From Planctomycetota bacterium (lineage in GTDB: Bacteria; Planctomycetota; SZUA-567; H5-PLA8): 64,000 nucleotides of DNA. Below, piece after piece: positions 18,468 through 28,224 of this stretch. Numbering within the stretch: position 1 is the first letter of the stretch; each line of letters begins with the position of its first letter. The notes below the pieces were generated by a model. That model was not told the DNA's origin. It was given only the letters and a program-made list of their open reading frames with translations, and ran no database searches. The position numbers were made by a program, and so were the translations under genes. Where the stretch lies: positions 1 through 64,000 of the forward strand of contig BTVV01000021.1 in NCBI GenBank assembly GCA_045863855.1, written 5' to 3'.

Positions 18468-19859
18468 ATGCGCGTATGGGCTCCGGTGCTCTTGCTGCTG
18501 GCGATCCTGGGGGTGGCTTTCGGGCCGCTGCTCTTCGGTTCCGCACCGCCCGCGGCCCGGACGCTGGTGATCCTTTCGCCACACTGGGACGGGATAAAGC
18601 AGGAGTTCCGGCGCGCGTTCGAGGCCGACTGGCTGGCGCGGACGGGCGAGACGATCCGCGTGGAGTTCTGGGACGTGGGGGGTACGGGCGAGATCCGGCG
18701 CTACGTGACCGAGCGCGCGCGGCAGGCGAATTGGAAAGGCGGCGAAGGGATCGGCGTGGACGTGCTCTTCGGCGGCGGCACATTCGATTACGAGACCTAC
18801 TTCACGCGCGAAGACAAGCTGGCCCGGCAAGGCGTGGCCGCGCCGGGCGGGGTGCTGGAGCCGTACGTGCCCGCGACGGTGCAATCTGGACAGATTCCCG
18901 AGTTGGTGTCCGGCCAGCCGCTATGGGACAAGGACGGCCGCTGGTACGCGGCGTGTCTCAGCGGCTTCGGGATCGTGAAGAACACGCTGGTGCTCGAACG
19001 CGCCAAGCTGCCCGACGTCGGGACCTGGGCCGATCTGGGCCAGCCGGAGTTGTACGGCTGGGTGAGCTGCGGCGATCCGACCAAATCCGGTTCGGTGCAT
19101 ATGGCCTTCGAGGTGGTCTTGCAGGCCTACGGCTGGGAGCAGGGCTGGGCGGTATTGGCGAAGATGTGCGCGAATACGACTTCGTTCAACGAAGGCGGGG
19201 CGAGCGTGCCGCGCGACGTGGCGCTTGGGCAGGCGGCGGCGGGCCCGTGCATCGATTTTTACGCCGCGGCTCCGGTGCGCCGGCAGGGCGCGACGCATGT
19301 GGCGTTCGTCTTTCCCGAAGGGTTGAGCGTGATTACGCCGGATGCCATCGCGCTCTTCAAGAACGCTCCGCAGCCCGACCTGGCGCGCGGCTTCGTGGAC
19401 TTCGTGCTGGGCGAAGCGGGGCAGCGCTTGTGGTACCAGACGCGCGGAAGCGAGGGCGGCCCGCGGGATTTCGACCTGGAACGGCTGCCCGTCCGGCCGG
19501 ACCTGTATGTGCGCGGGTTGCCGACGCACGCGGTGGCGCGCCCGTTCGAGCACGGGCAGGCCTTCGCCTACGACGGGAAGAAGGGCGGGCGGCGCTGGAG
19601 CATCCTGGAAGACTTTTTGCGCTCCACGATCTGCGACGTGCACGAAGACCTGAAAGCCGCGTGGGCGGCGGCGATCGCCGCGGGGCGGGTGGAGGATCTG
19701 GGCGCGGAACTGGGCCGGCCGCTGCTGAGCGAGGACGAACTCTTGCAGGCCGCACAGAAGGCGACGAACCCCAAGGACCTGAACGCGCTGCGCGCGGCGT
19801 GGACGGGCCTGGCGCGGCGGCACTACGCCGAAGTGCGGGCGAAAGCGCAAGGCCGTTAA
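18468..19859 (+). CDS. ABC transporter substrate-binding protein (Fe3+/polyamine-type family)
   Basis: N-terminal anchor, LVILSPH, DVLFGGG, DPTKSGS and ITPDAIALFK. Confidence 0.88.
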   Translation: MRVWAPVLLLLAILGVAFGPLLFGSAPPAARTLVILSPHWDGIKQEFRRAFEADWLARTGETIRVEFWDVGGTGEIRRYVTERARQANWKGGEGIGVDVLFGGGTFDYETYFTREDKLARQGVAAPGGVLEPYVPATVQSGQIPELVSGQPLWDKDGRWYAACLSGFGIVKNTLVLERAKLPDVGTWADLGQPELYGWVSCGDPTKSGSVHMAFEVVLQAYGWEQGWAVLAKMCANTTSFNEGGASVPRDVALGQAAAGPCIDFYAAAPVRRQGATHVAFVFPEGLSVITPDAIALFKNAPQPDLARGFVDFVLGEAGQRLWYQTRGSEGGPRDFDLERLPVRPDLYVRGLPTHAVARPFEHGQAFAYDGKKGGRRWSILEDFLRSTICDVHEDLKAAWAAAIAAGRVEDLGAELGRPLLSEDELLQAAQKATNPKDLNALRAAWTGLARRHYAEVRAKAQGR

Positions 19860-19965
19860 GTGTGAGTCTTCCGGCGTGCGCAGATTTGGGCGGTTTTCGT
19901 TCGGTCCGTTGCGTTCCGTGCGCGGCTCACTACCTTTAAGTACTCGAATCCGCCGGAGTTCCCGC

Positions 19966-21063
19966 GTGAGCCTCACCCTCGACAAGCTGACCGTCCGCTA
20001 CGGCGACGTCACGGCGCTCAATCAAGTCAGTCTGGCGCTCCAGCCCGGCGAGATGTTCTTCCTGCTGGGCCCATCGGGCTGCGGGAAATCCACCCTGCTG
20101 CGGACGGTGGCGGGCTTCATCGAAGATTACGAGGGCGGGTTGGCGCTGGAAGGTAGCTCCCTCAAAGGAGTGCCGGCGCACCGGCGCGACTTCGGGATGG
20201 TCTTCCAAAACTACGCGCTCTTCCCGCATCTGACGGTGCTGGGGAACGTCGCGTTCGGACTGGAGGCGCGTGCGGTCGCGGCGGCGGAGATCAAGACGCG
20301 CGTGGCCGAGGCGCTGGGTCTGGTGGGCTTGTCGGGTTACGAGACGCGGCGGCCGGGCGAGTTGTCGGGCGGGCAGCAGCAGCGGGTGGCGCTGGCGCGC
20401 GCGCTGGTGATCCGGCCGCGGGTGCTGCTGCTGGACGAGCCGCTCTCGAACCTGGACGCGAAGCTGCGCTGGGACATGCGCAGCGAGATCAAGCGGATTC
20501 ACGCGGCGACGAAGCTGACGACGCTGTACGTGACGCACGACCAGAAGGAAGCGCTCTCGATGGCCGACCGGATGGCCATCTTGAAGGACGGCAAGCTGGA
20601 GGCGCTGGGCGCGCCGCGCGAGCTTTACGACCATCCGCCGAACCGGTTCTGCGCGCAGTTCCTGGGCGATTGCAACGTGCTGGAAGGGGCGGTGGCGGCG
20701 CCGGCGACGGGGAGCGCTCCGGGGCGCGTGCGCACGGCGTTGGGGGAGATCGCGCTGCCGGGCGAGAAGCATTGGCCGGCGGGCTTGCAGGTGGGGAAGG
20801 CGGAAGTCTTCTGCCGCCCCGAATCGGTCTGGCTGGGCGCGGCGGGGTCCGAGCCGCCGTCGGGCGCCACGGTGCTGACGCGCCAGGCGAAGGTGGCCTC
20901 CGCGGCTTTCCTGGGCGCCTCGACGCTGTACGAGCTGGCGCTGCCGCACCAGAATGCGGCGATCTGGCACGCGCTGCGGCACGAACAGGACGCGGCGGGC
21001 TTCGCCGAAGGCGCCGAGGTGGCGGTGGCGGTCGCGCCGCTGGCGTGGAGACTGTGGCAATGA
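19966..21063 (+). CDS. ABC transporter ATP-binding protein (PotA/FbpC-type)
   Basis: GPSGCGKST, VFQNYALFPH, LSGGQQQRVALARA and LLLDEPLSNLD. GTG start. Confidence 0.95.
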   Translation: MSLTLDKLTVRYGDVTALNQVSLALQPGEMFFLLGPSGCGKSTLLRTVAGFIEDYEGGLALEGSSLKGVPAHRRDFGMVFQNYALFPHLTVLGNVAFGLEARAVAAAEIKTRVAEALGLVGLSGYETRRPGELSGGQQQRVALARALVIRPRVLLLDEPLSNLDAKLRWDMRSEIKRIHAATKLTTLYVTHDQKEALSMADRMAILKDGKLEALGAPRELYDHPPNRFCAQFLGDCNVLEGAVAAPATGSAPGRVRTALGEIALPGEKHWPAGLQVGKAEVFCRPESVWLGAAGSEPPSGATVLTRQAKVASAAFLGASTLYELALPHQNAAIWHALRHEQDAAGFAEGAEVAVAVAPLAWRLWQ

Positions 21064-21908
21064 GCGAGGCCGGCGAGCGGGCCAAGCCGCTTCTCGATTG
21101 GGATTTCCACACGCATACCGTGTATTCGCGGCACGCGCACCCGGACATGTCGGTACTGGGCAGTTTGCGCGCGGCCGCCGCGGCGGGAATGAAGCGCTAC
21201 GTGATCCTCGAGCACGTGCCCGAGATCAGCACGCGCCGCGCCACGATGCAGTTCTGGAAGCACGGGCGGAACGAACGCGACCAGCTCGACGCCATCGCGG
21301 CCGACCTGGAGATTCACCGGAGCAACTTCCCGCAGATCCAGATCCTGCGCGGGGTGGAAGTGGACGCCGACCCGTTCAACCTGGACGGCTCGGCGATGCT
21401 GGACGATTTCTCCGGGATCGACGTGGTGGTGGGCAGCACGCACGTCTTTCCAGGCGGCGAAGCGTTCTGGTTCGACCGCGTGCGCTTGCCGCCGGACGCG
21501 GGCTTGCGTGTGGCGCACCAGTGGCGCGAATGGGTTGTGCGCTTCATCCGGGCCGGACAGATTCACGTGCTCGCGCATCCCGGCGACCTGCTGGGCGCAC
21601 GGCAGCTCATCCCGCCTTTCAACGCGCCGGAAATCGCCGGCTTCTTCGATCCGGTCTTCGAGGCGATGGCCGATCAGGGCGTGGCTTTCGAACTGAACGA
21701 GCTGTTGCAGCGCAAGATCGGCCCGGCCTACCGCGAGAGCTACCCGGATTTGATCAAGCACGCGCGCTCGTTCGGCGTCCAGTTCTCGCTCGGCAGCGAC
21801 GCGCATCGGACGGACGACGTGGGGCGCTACGAGTGGGTGTACGATTTGATCGCCGCAAGCGGGCTTACGGCGGCCGATTGGTGGAATCCGCCTGCGGCCT
21901 CGGCGTGA
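21060..21908 (+). CDS. PHP-domain phosphoesterase (HisPPase-like)
   Basis: DFHTHT, ILEH, GVEVD, LAHP, FELN and LGSDAH. The start overlaps the ATPase stop (ATGA). Confidence 0.88.
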   Translation: MSEAGERAKPLLDWDFHTHTVYSRHAHPDMSVLGSLRAAAAAGMKRYVILEHVPEISTRRATMQFWKHGRNERDQLDAIAADLEIHRSNFPQIQILRGVEVDADPFNLDGSAMLDDFSGIDVVVGSTHVFPGGEAFWFDRVRLPPDAGLRVAHQWREWVVRFIRAGQIHVLAHPGDLLGARQLIPPFNAPEIAGFFDPVFEAMADQGVAFELNELLQRKIGPAYRESYPDLIKHARSFGVQFSLGSDAHRTDDVGRYEWVYDLIAASGLTAADWWNPPAASA

Positions 21909-22099
21909 AAAAATAACTTTCTGCGCGGGGCGATTTTATCTAAATTTTAGGCATCAAAACAAGTCAATCGGTTTGTTTGCACCGGTGCAGGGGCATGCAT
22001 TCTGGGGGAAAGCCGGTGAATGGCTGTGGAAAAGCGGCTTTGGGGTTGGGTCGCTTCAAGGCGACCTGTCATGGCTGAAAGTGGCCGTTCGAAAAATAC

Positions 22100-22127
22100 T
22101 TGACACTCTTGGTCGCACCCACATAAT
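22100..22127 (+). promoter_or_regulatory. Sigma70-type promoter
   Basis: TTGACA-N16-CATAAT preceded by an A-tract. Confidence 0.7.
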
Positions 22128-22273
22128 TCGCGCTGCATTTAGCACTTAACGCAATAGTAGCGACTCGGCAGCCGCACCTTGGGGACGCCCGGGCGGTGTT
22201 TTAGGCCGAGTTCATGCCGCGTAGCGCTGCTCGTGCTTTTACGAAGGCACGAGACAAGCGGAGGAGCGAAACA

Positions 22274-23149
22274 GTGAGCATTGTCGCGCGCGTTTTCGTT
22301 GTTCTTAACCTCATCCTCTCGATCTGCTTCCTGATCTATGCGATGCAGATTTGGACGGCGAAGACGAAGTGGCAGAAGATGTACGAGCGCGAGCGCGAGA
22401 TCAATATCGCGCTGAAGGCTGCGCATCAGAAGGAACAGATCGAGCTGACGCGCGGCAACGTGCAGAAGGAAGGCGTGATCCGTCTGCGCCTGCAGAAGAT
22501 CACGGAGCTGCGCCTGGAGATCAACCGGCTGCGCGACGAGATCCTGCAGAAGTCGGGCGAGTTGGCGCGCTTCAAGAGCGAAGCGAACATGCAGCAGGCG
22601 CTGAACGAAGAGTTGACCCGCGAACTGGGCCGCCGCGCCGACGAGTTGTTGAAGCTGAAGGGCGTGCTCCTGAAGCAGCAGCAGGCCGTGCAGGTCGCCC
22701 GCGACAACGAGATCAAGGCGCGCAACGAGAAGGCCGAGTTCGAGAACGAACTGAACAGCACGAAGCAGATGCTCTCGCAGGTGATGCGCGACAAGCGGCA
22801 GGTGGAATCGGATCTGGCGGAGCAGACGAACAAGATCCAGGGCCTGCTGGAACGCGGCGTCGATATCCCGAGCCTGCTGGGTATGGATTCGGAAGCCACG
22901 CAGCCGTACGTACCGGACGCGCTGGTGCTGGCCGTCAAGCCTGACCTGGATCTGGTCATGATCAGCGTGGGCGCGGAGCACGGCGTGAAGCCGGGCTTCC
23001 GCTTCACGATCAGCCGCGGCCAGGACTACGTGGCCAAGGCGCAGGTCGAGAAGGTCTATAAGGATATGTGCTCGGCTCGCCTGATGCTCAAGAAGGACGA
23101 AGTGAAGGTCCACGACGAAGTCCGCAGCCGGGTGATGAGCGGCCAGTAA
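22274..23149 (+). CDS. Membrane-anchored coiled-coil protein with a small C-terminal beta domain (FlgT-C-like pattern)
   Basis: GAGGAG RBS with GTG start, N-terminal TM, long heptad-rich region and C-terminal VMISVGAEHGVKPGFRFTISRG. Confidence 0.8.
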   Translation: MSIVARVFVVLNLILSICFLIYAMQIWTAKTKWQKMYEREREINIALKAAHQKEQIELTRGNVQKEGVIRLRLQKITELRLEINRLRDEILQKSGELARFKSEANMQQALNEELTRELGRRADELLKLKGVLLKQQQAVQVARDNEIKARNEKAEFENELNSTKQMLSQVMRDKRQVESDLAEQTNKIQGLLERGVDIPSLLGMDSEATQPYVPDALVLAVKPDLDLVMISVGAEHGVKPGFRFTISRGQDYVAKAQVEKVYKDMCSARLMLKKDEVKVHDEVRSRVMSGQ

Positions 23150-23205
23150 GACGGCGTGGTAAAGTAGCTTTGGAGCGGGTTGCCGGTCGTTAAAGGAAAC
23201 AGGAT

Positions 23206-23775
23206 ATGCCTCCAGCCGAAGAAAAGCTCCCGGAGAAGATTCCGTTCGACGTGTACGGAATGATGCTGATCCTGGGGTTCCTGGCCACGGCCGGGTCGAT
23301 CGCGTTCCTGCACGACGAGCTGCACACGCATTGGTACGCGGACGTTCAGGTGAACGATCAGGGCGATCCGGTGCGCGAGTTTGCAGTGCACCTGACCACC
23401 TTCAACGATGCTCCGGTGGAACCCGGCCAGAGCCCGGTGGAAGTTCCGATCGTTACCGATACGGACAAGAAGGAATGGGAGATCCTGACGGGCGAAGCGG
23501 ATATCCCGAGCCTGGAAGAATGGCCGGCGTGGGGCGAGCCGATCAAGCGTAAGTACGATCCGAGCCCCGACGCGGTGAATTTGGGCGCGGACAAGATTCC
23601 TGACGAAGTCTGGCAGCCGGAAGCGGCGAAGTACGTCGATCCGACGCTGGGCCCGGACGAAGGTGGCGGCGCGGCGGCACCTGCGGCCGGTGGCGCGGAA
23701 GCTCCGGCGCCAGCTCCGGCTCCCGCGCCTGAAGGTGGTGCGGCGCCTGCGCCTGCACCGGCTCCGGGCAACTAA
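23206..23775 (+). CDS. Hypothetical acidic single-pass membrane protein with a Pro/Ala tail
   Basis: AAGGA RBS, TM segment VYGMMLILGFLATAGSIAFL and an APAP-repeat C-terminus. Confidence 0.8.
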   Translation: MPPAEEKLPEKIPFDVYGMMLILGFLATAGSIAFLHDELHTHWYADVQVNDQGDPVREFAVHLTTFNDAPVEPGQSPVEVPIVTDTDKKEWEILTGEADIPSLEEWPAWGEPIKRKYDPSPDAVNLGADKIPDEVWQPEAAKYVDPTLGPDEGGGAAAPAAGGAEAPAPAPAPAPEGGAAPAPAPAPGN

Positions 23776-23807
23776 CGGCTCCCGTTTCAATCAGGGTAAG
23801 CATTCCT

Positions 23808-23840
23808 AAACGCGGCGCTCGAAAGAGCGCCGCGTTTTTT
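23808..23840 (+). terminator. Rho-independent terminator
   Basis: AAACGCGGCGCTC-GAAA-GAGCGCCGCGTTT followed by a T-run. Confidence 0.92.
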
Positions 23841-23891
23841 GTTTGGGGAACGTTTTCGGTCTCGTTAAATAGATCGTATGACGTAGGTTAG

Positions 23892-23950
23892 GTGAACAGT
23901 GAACAGTGAACAGTGAACGGCACCCCCTACTCCCTTTGTACGAAGGGGGG
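23892..23950. repeat. Heptamer tandem repeat (GTGAACA)x3+GTGAACG followed by a REP-like hairpin
   Basis: The heptamers are directly visible at 23892-23919, followed by the hairpin CTCCCTTT-GTAC-GAAGGGGG. Confidence 0.75.
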
Positions 23951-24178
23951 AGAACGGCTGAACGAATGAACGGCAAGGTTGGGGCGAAGGGCTGCAACAG
24001 GGCAGACGGCTGAGGCAGGACCCATGCTGATGGCAGGGCCACGACAGGGGGCGCGGTTGGTAGTCCGTTGGCCTGAACGTTTACCTTAGCTTAGGGCGCT
24101 TGCAGGCCGATACCGATAGGGGCCGGATCGTGTCCGGCCGCAGGCGGCGGCGCGTATTGCCACGGAGCTTCCACGCAC

Positions 24179-25231
24179 TTGGAATCCGTACTGGGCTTCT
24201 TTTCCAAGGACCTGGGCATCGACCTGGGCACCGCGAACACGCTGGTCGTGGCGCGGGGCGAGGGGATCGTCATCTCCGAGCCGACGGTGGTGGCGGTGTA
24301 CAAGGGCACGAACAAGATCGTGGTGAGCGCGCAGGGTCCGGCGGTGGGCGAACGCGCGCGGCAGATGCTGGGCAAGACGCCGGACAGCATCCAGGCGATC
24401 CGCCCGCTGCGGCACGGGGTGATCGCGGACTTCGAGATCTGCCAGGCGATGTTGACGTACTTCATCCAGAAGGCGCACGGCCGGCGCGGGCTGGCTCGGC
24501 CACGGGTGATCATCGCGGTGCCTTCGGGGATTACGACGGTCGAGAAGCGGGCGGTGATCAACAGCGCCGAACGCGCCGGGGCTCGGGAAGTGCGTCTGAT
24601 CCGCGAGCCGATGGCCGCGGCGATCGGCTGCGGGCTTCCGGTGCGCGAGCCGCGCGGCAGCATGATCGTGGACATCGGCGGCGGCACGAGCGAGTGCGCG
24701 ATTCTCTCGCTCGACGATCTGGTGCTTTCCAACAGCCTGCGCGTGGCCGGCGACGACATGAACCGCGCGATCCAGGACTATCTGCGGCAGGTTTACAACC
24801 TCGCCATCGGCGAACACGCGGCCGAGCGGATCAAGATCGAAGTGGGCAGCGCGTACCGGCTGGAAGAAGAACTGACGCGCGAGGTCCGCGGCAAGGACAC
24901 GGTGGCCGGACTGCCGCGGTCGGTGCTGCTGCGCAGTGAAGAAGTGCGCGAAGCGCTGATGCCGGTGCTCGAACAGGTGGTGAAGGGGATCCAGGCGACG
25001 CTGGAAAAGCTGACGCCGGAACTTCACGACGATCTGTACGAGACGGGGATCACGCTGGCCGGGGGCGGAGCGCTGATTCGCGGCCTGGACCGGCTGATCG
25101 CGCGGGAAACGGGGCTGCCCGTGCGCCGCGCCGACGACCCGCTCACCGCCGTCGCCCGCGGCGTGGGCATGGTGCTCGAACAGCTCGAGACGTTCTGGCA
25201 CGTGCTTGAGCAGACGCACGAGTTCGCGTAG
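24179..25231 (+). CDS. mreB: Rod shape-determining actin-like ATPase MreB
   Basis: DLGIDLGTANT, IRPLRHGVIADF, VPSGITTVEKRA, EPMAAAIG, VDIGGGT and LAGGGAL. TTG start. Confidence 0.95.
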   Translation: MESVLGFFSKDLGIDLGTANTLVVARGEGIVISEPTVVAVYKGTNKIVVSAQGPAVGERARQMLGKTPDSIQAIRPLRHGVIADFEICQAMLTYFIQKAHGRRGLARPRVIIAVPSGITTVEKRAVINSAERAGAREVRLIREPMAAAIGCGLPVREPRGSMIVDIGGGTSECAILSLDDLVLSNSLRVAGDDMNRAIQDYLRQVYNLAIGEHAAERIKIEVGSAYRLEEELTREVRGKDTVAGLPRSVLLRSEEVREALMPVLEQVVKGIQATLEKLTPELHDDLYETGITLAGGGALIRGLDRLIARETGLPVRRADDPLTAVARGVGMVLEQLETFWHVLEQTHEFA

Positions 25232-25471
25232 GGCTTTGCCTCCCTCCGGTTTGCTTTTCCTTCCCGCGTAGCGTTTATTGAAGGCTCCCCTGTTCCGCTG
25301 AATCGACGGGGGCCGCTCGGCGGCCGGATCGTCCGCGCGCGACAACCCAGGCGTCATGGGGCGACCTCCGCTGTCCGCTCAGGGGCAGGTCTGTCCGTGC
25401 CGCGCCGTTTGCCGCCCACTCCTTGAAGTCGGGCAGGCGCCGCTGTGTACGGACCTCGGGAGGACTCGCAG

Positions 25472-26455
25472 ATGCCGCAGATTCTCGTCGAAGGGCTCGT
25501 CAAAACGTACCGCGTGGCCGAGCGCCGGCCCGGCGTATGGGGCGCGTTGCGCGGCTTGGTGCGCCGCGCGCATCGCGACGTTCGTGCGCTGGACGGGGTC
25601 TCGTTCTCGATCGAGGCCGGCGAGATCGTGGGTTACATCGGGCCCAACGGCGCGGGCAAATCGTCGACGGTGAAGGTGCTGAGCGGGATTCTCACGCCGG
25701 ACGCGGGGCGCGTGGAGGTGGCCGGGCGCGTGCCGTGGTTCGAGCGCGCGGCGCACGTGGCGGGGATCGGCGTCGTCTTCGGTCAGCGCACGCAACTGTG
25801 GTGGGATCTGCCGGTCGTCGAGAGCTTCGAGTTGCTGGGCGCGATCTACCGCGTGCCGGAAGCCGAACGGCTGCGGCGGCAGGCGGAACTTACCGAGCGC
25901 CTGGAACTGGGCGCGCTGCTGGATACGCCGGTGCGGCAATTGAGCCTGGGGCAGCGCATGCGCTGCGATCTGGCGGCTTCGCTGCTGCACGCGCCGTCGA
26001 TCTTGTTTCTCGACGAGCCCACCATCGGGCTGGACGCGGCGGCGAAGCTGGCGGTGCGCGACTTCGTGAAGCGCCTTAACCGCGAACGCGGCGTCACGGT
26101 GATCCTGACCACGCACGACATGGACGATATCGAAGCGCTCTGTTCGCGTGTGATGCTGATCGACCGCGGGCGGATGCTCCGCGACGGCTCGATGGCGGCC
26201 CTGCGCGAGGAAGGGCAAGGCGAGCGGCGTCTGGTGGTGGACCTTGAAGACGAGCAGACCGAGGTGGCCGACGCCGACGCGCGCGTCGTGGCGCGGGACG
26301 GGCACCGCGTGACGCTGCACTACGATCCGCGCCGGGTGCCGACGGCGCAACTGATCGCACGCATCGCCGCCCGGCACGCGCTGCGCGACCTGTTCGTGGA
26401 GCATCCGCCGATCGAGGAGTGGATCGCGCGGCTGTACCGGGAGGCGCGCGTATGA
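25472..26455 (+). CDS. ABC-2 type exporter ATP-binding protein
   Basis: GPNGAGKSS, VFGQRTQLWWDLP, LSLGQRMR and LFLDEPTIGLD, with a GGAGG RBS. Confidence 0.94.
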   Translation: MPQILVEGLVKTYRVAERRPGVWGALRGLVRRAHRDVRALDGVSFSIEAGEIVGYIGPNGAGKSSTVKVLSGILTPDAGRVEVAGRVPWFERAAHVAGIGVVFGQRTQLWWDLPVVESFELLGAIYRVPEAERLRRQAELTERLELGALLDTPVRQLSLGQRMRCDLAASLLHAPSILFLDEPTIGLDAAAKLAVRDFVKRLNRERGVTVILTTHDMDDIEALCSRVMLIDRGRMLRDGSMAALREEGQGERRLVVDLEDEQTEVADADARVVARDGHRVTLHYDPRRVPTAQLIARIAARHALRDLFVEHPPIEEWIARLYREARV

Positions 26456-27243
26456 ACGCATACTGCGCGCTGTTCGGCGCGCGCTTCCGGGAGCTGCTGC
26501 AGTACCGCGCGGCTGCGATCGCGGGCTTCGTCACGCAGCTCTTCTGGGGCCTGATCCGGATCATGATCTTCGAAGCGTTTTACCGCGTCTCGAGCGCGCC
26601 GCAGCCGATGCGCTTCGAGGAGGTGGTGACGTACGTGTGGTTAAGCCAGGCGTTTCTCATGCTGATTCCCTTTCGCATGGACGGGGAGGCGATGCAAAAA
26701 GTACGCGACGGAAGCGTGGTGTACGAGCTGGCGCGCCCGGTGGACCTGTACGGGCTTTGGTTCGCCCGCGCGCTGGCGCTGCGCTTGGCGCCGACGCTTT
26801 TGCGCGCCGTGCCGCTCCTGGCGGTCGCGGCCTGCGGGCTGGGCTTGCAGGCGCCGGCTTCGTGGACGGCGGGTGCGGCGGGCGCGGCTTCGCTGGCCGC
26901 GGCCTTCTTGCTGGCCGCGGCGCTCACTGCGCTGGTCACGACCTCGCTCTTCTGGACCGTCAGCGGCGAAGGGCTCGCGCGCCTGCTCCCGCTGACGATC
27001 TGGATCTGCAGCGGGATCGTGCTCCCACTGCCCTTCTTTCCGGACTGGTTGCAACGCGTGCTGGAGTGGCTTCCGTTTCAGGGGTTGATCGACGTGCCGT
27101 TCCGGCTGTACCTCGGGCATCTCCCGCCGGAGGCGGCGTTGGCGCAGATCGGGAAGCAACTGGCGTGGACGGCGGCGCTGGCGCTGCTGGGGCGCGGGCT
27201 GTTGAGCCGGGGGCTGCGGCGGTTGGAGGTGCAGGGAGGGTAG
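26452..27243 (+). CDS. ABC-2 family permease (DUF990-like)
   Basis: LQYRAA, VTYVWL, LARPVD, LPLPFFP and the C-terminal VQGG. Confidence 0.88.
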   Translation: MNAYCALFGARFRELLQYRAAAIAGFVTQLFWGLIRIMIFEAFYRVSSAPQPMRFEEVVTYVWLSQAFLMLIPFRMDGEAMQKVRDGSVVYELARPVDLYGLWFARALALRLAPTLLRAVPLLAVAACGLGLQAPASWTAGAAGAASLAAAFLLAAALTALVTTSLFWTVSGEGLARLLPLTIWICSGIVLPLPFFPDWLQRVLEWLPFQGLIDVPFRLYLGHLPPEAALAQIGKQLAWTAALALLGRGLLSRGLRRLEVQGG

Positions 27244-27317
27244 GGGAAACGTAAGAGACAAAAAGTATTGGGTAAAACGTAAGAGGCGAAGTCGGGCGTT
27301 GAAGGGAGAAGCTTGGC

Positions 27318-28115
27318 ATGCGGGAGTCGCTGGGGCTGTATATGCGGTATGCGGGCGTTTCGTTGCGGGCGCAGATGCAGTACCGGGTCTCGTTCGTGCT
27401 CCAGGTGCTGGCGCAGTTGGGCGTGACGTCGATCGAGTTCTTCACGATCGCGGTGCTCTTTGCGCGCTTTGGGGCTCTGGAGGGCTGGTCGCTGCCGCGC
27501 GTGGCGATCTTGTACGGGCTGGTGCACGTTTCGTTCGCGCTGGCGGAGGCCTTGGGCCGTGGATTCGATATCTTTCCCGAACTGGTCCGCGGCGGCGGGT
27601 TCGACCGCATCTTGCTCCGCCCGCGCGGCGCGGCGTTCCAGGTGCTCGCGGCCGAGTTCCAACTCATGCGCATTGGCCGGCTGGCTCAGGGTTTCGTCGT
27701 ACTGATGTGGGGCCTAGCCGCGCCGGAACACGCGTGGGCATGGAGCGACGCGGTCTTGATCGTTTGGGCGATCTTGGGCGGGGTCTGCTTCTTCGGCGCG
27801 CTGATGATCTTCAGCGCCACGCTGGCGTTTTGGACGGTAGAAGGCCTGGAGTTGATGAACGTGCTGACGTACGGCGGCGTGGAGACCGCGCAATTCCCGC
27901 TCGATATTTACCGGCCGTGGTTCCGCGCGGTCTTCACCTTCGGCGTACCGCTGGCGTGCGTGAATTACCTGCCCGCTCAGGCCCTTTTCGGCGCCGCGAC
28001 GCCGGAACGCGCGCTCGCCGGTTGGCTGGCTCCGCTGGCATGCGCGGCATTTCTGGGGGTCAGCCTGCTGGCGTGGCGGGTGGGCGTGCGGCGGTACGTT
28101 TCGACGGGAAGCTGA
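27318..28115 (+). CDS. ABC-2 family permease (DUF990-like)
   Basis: AQMQYRVSF, FDRILLRP, QFPLDIY and the C-terminal RRYVSTGS. Confidence 0.88.
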   Translation: MRESLGLYMRYAGVSLRAQMQYRVSFVLQVLAQLGVTSIEFFTIAVLFARFGALEGWSLPRVAILYGLVHVSFALAEALGRGFDIFPELVRGGGFDRILLRPRGAAFQVLAAEFQLMRIGRLAQGFVVLMWGLAAPEHAWAWSDAVLIVWAILGGVCFFGALMIFSATLAFWTVEGLELMNVLTYGGVETAQFPLDIYRPWFRAVFTFGVPLACVNYLPAQALFGAATPERALAGWLAPLACAAFLGVSLLAWRVGVRRYVSTGS

Positions 28116-28224
28116 CCGGATATTGGACTGCGGAGAGGGGGCGGTTCGAGACCAGGAAGCGGCGCTGCGGAAAATCGGGCGGCGTACTAAGCTGGGCGCT
28201 TCCGATCATCGGAGCACGCCACAC

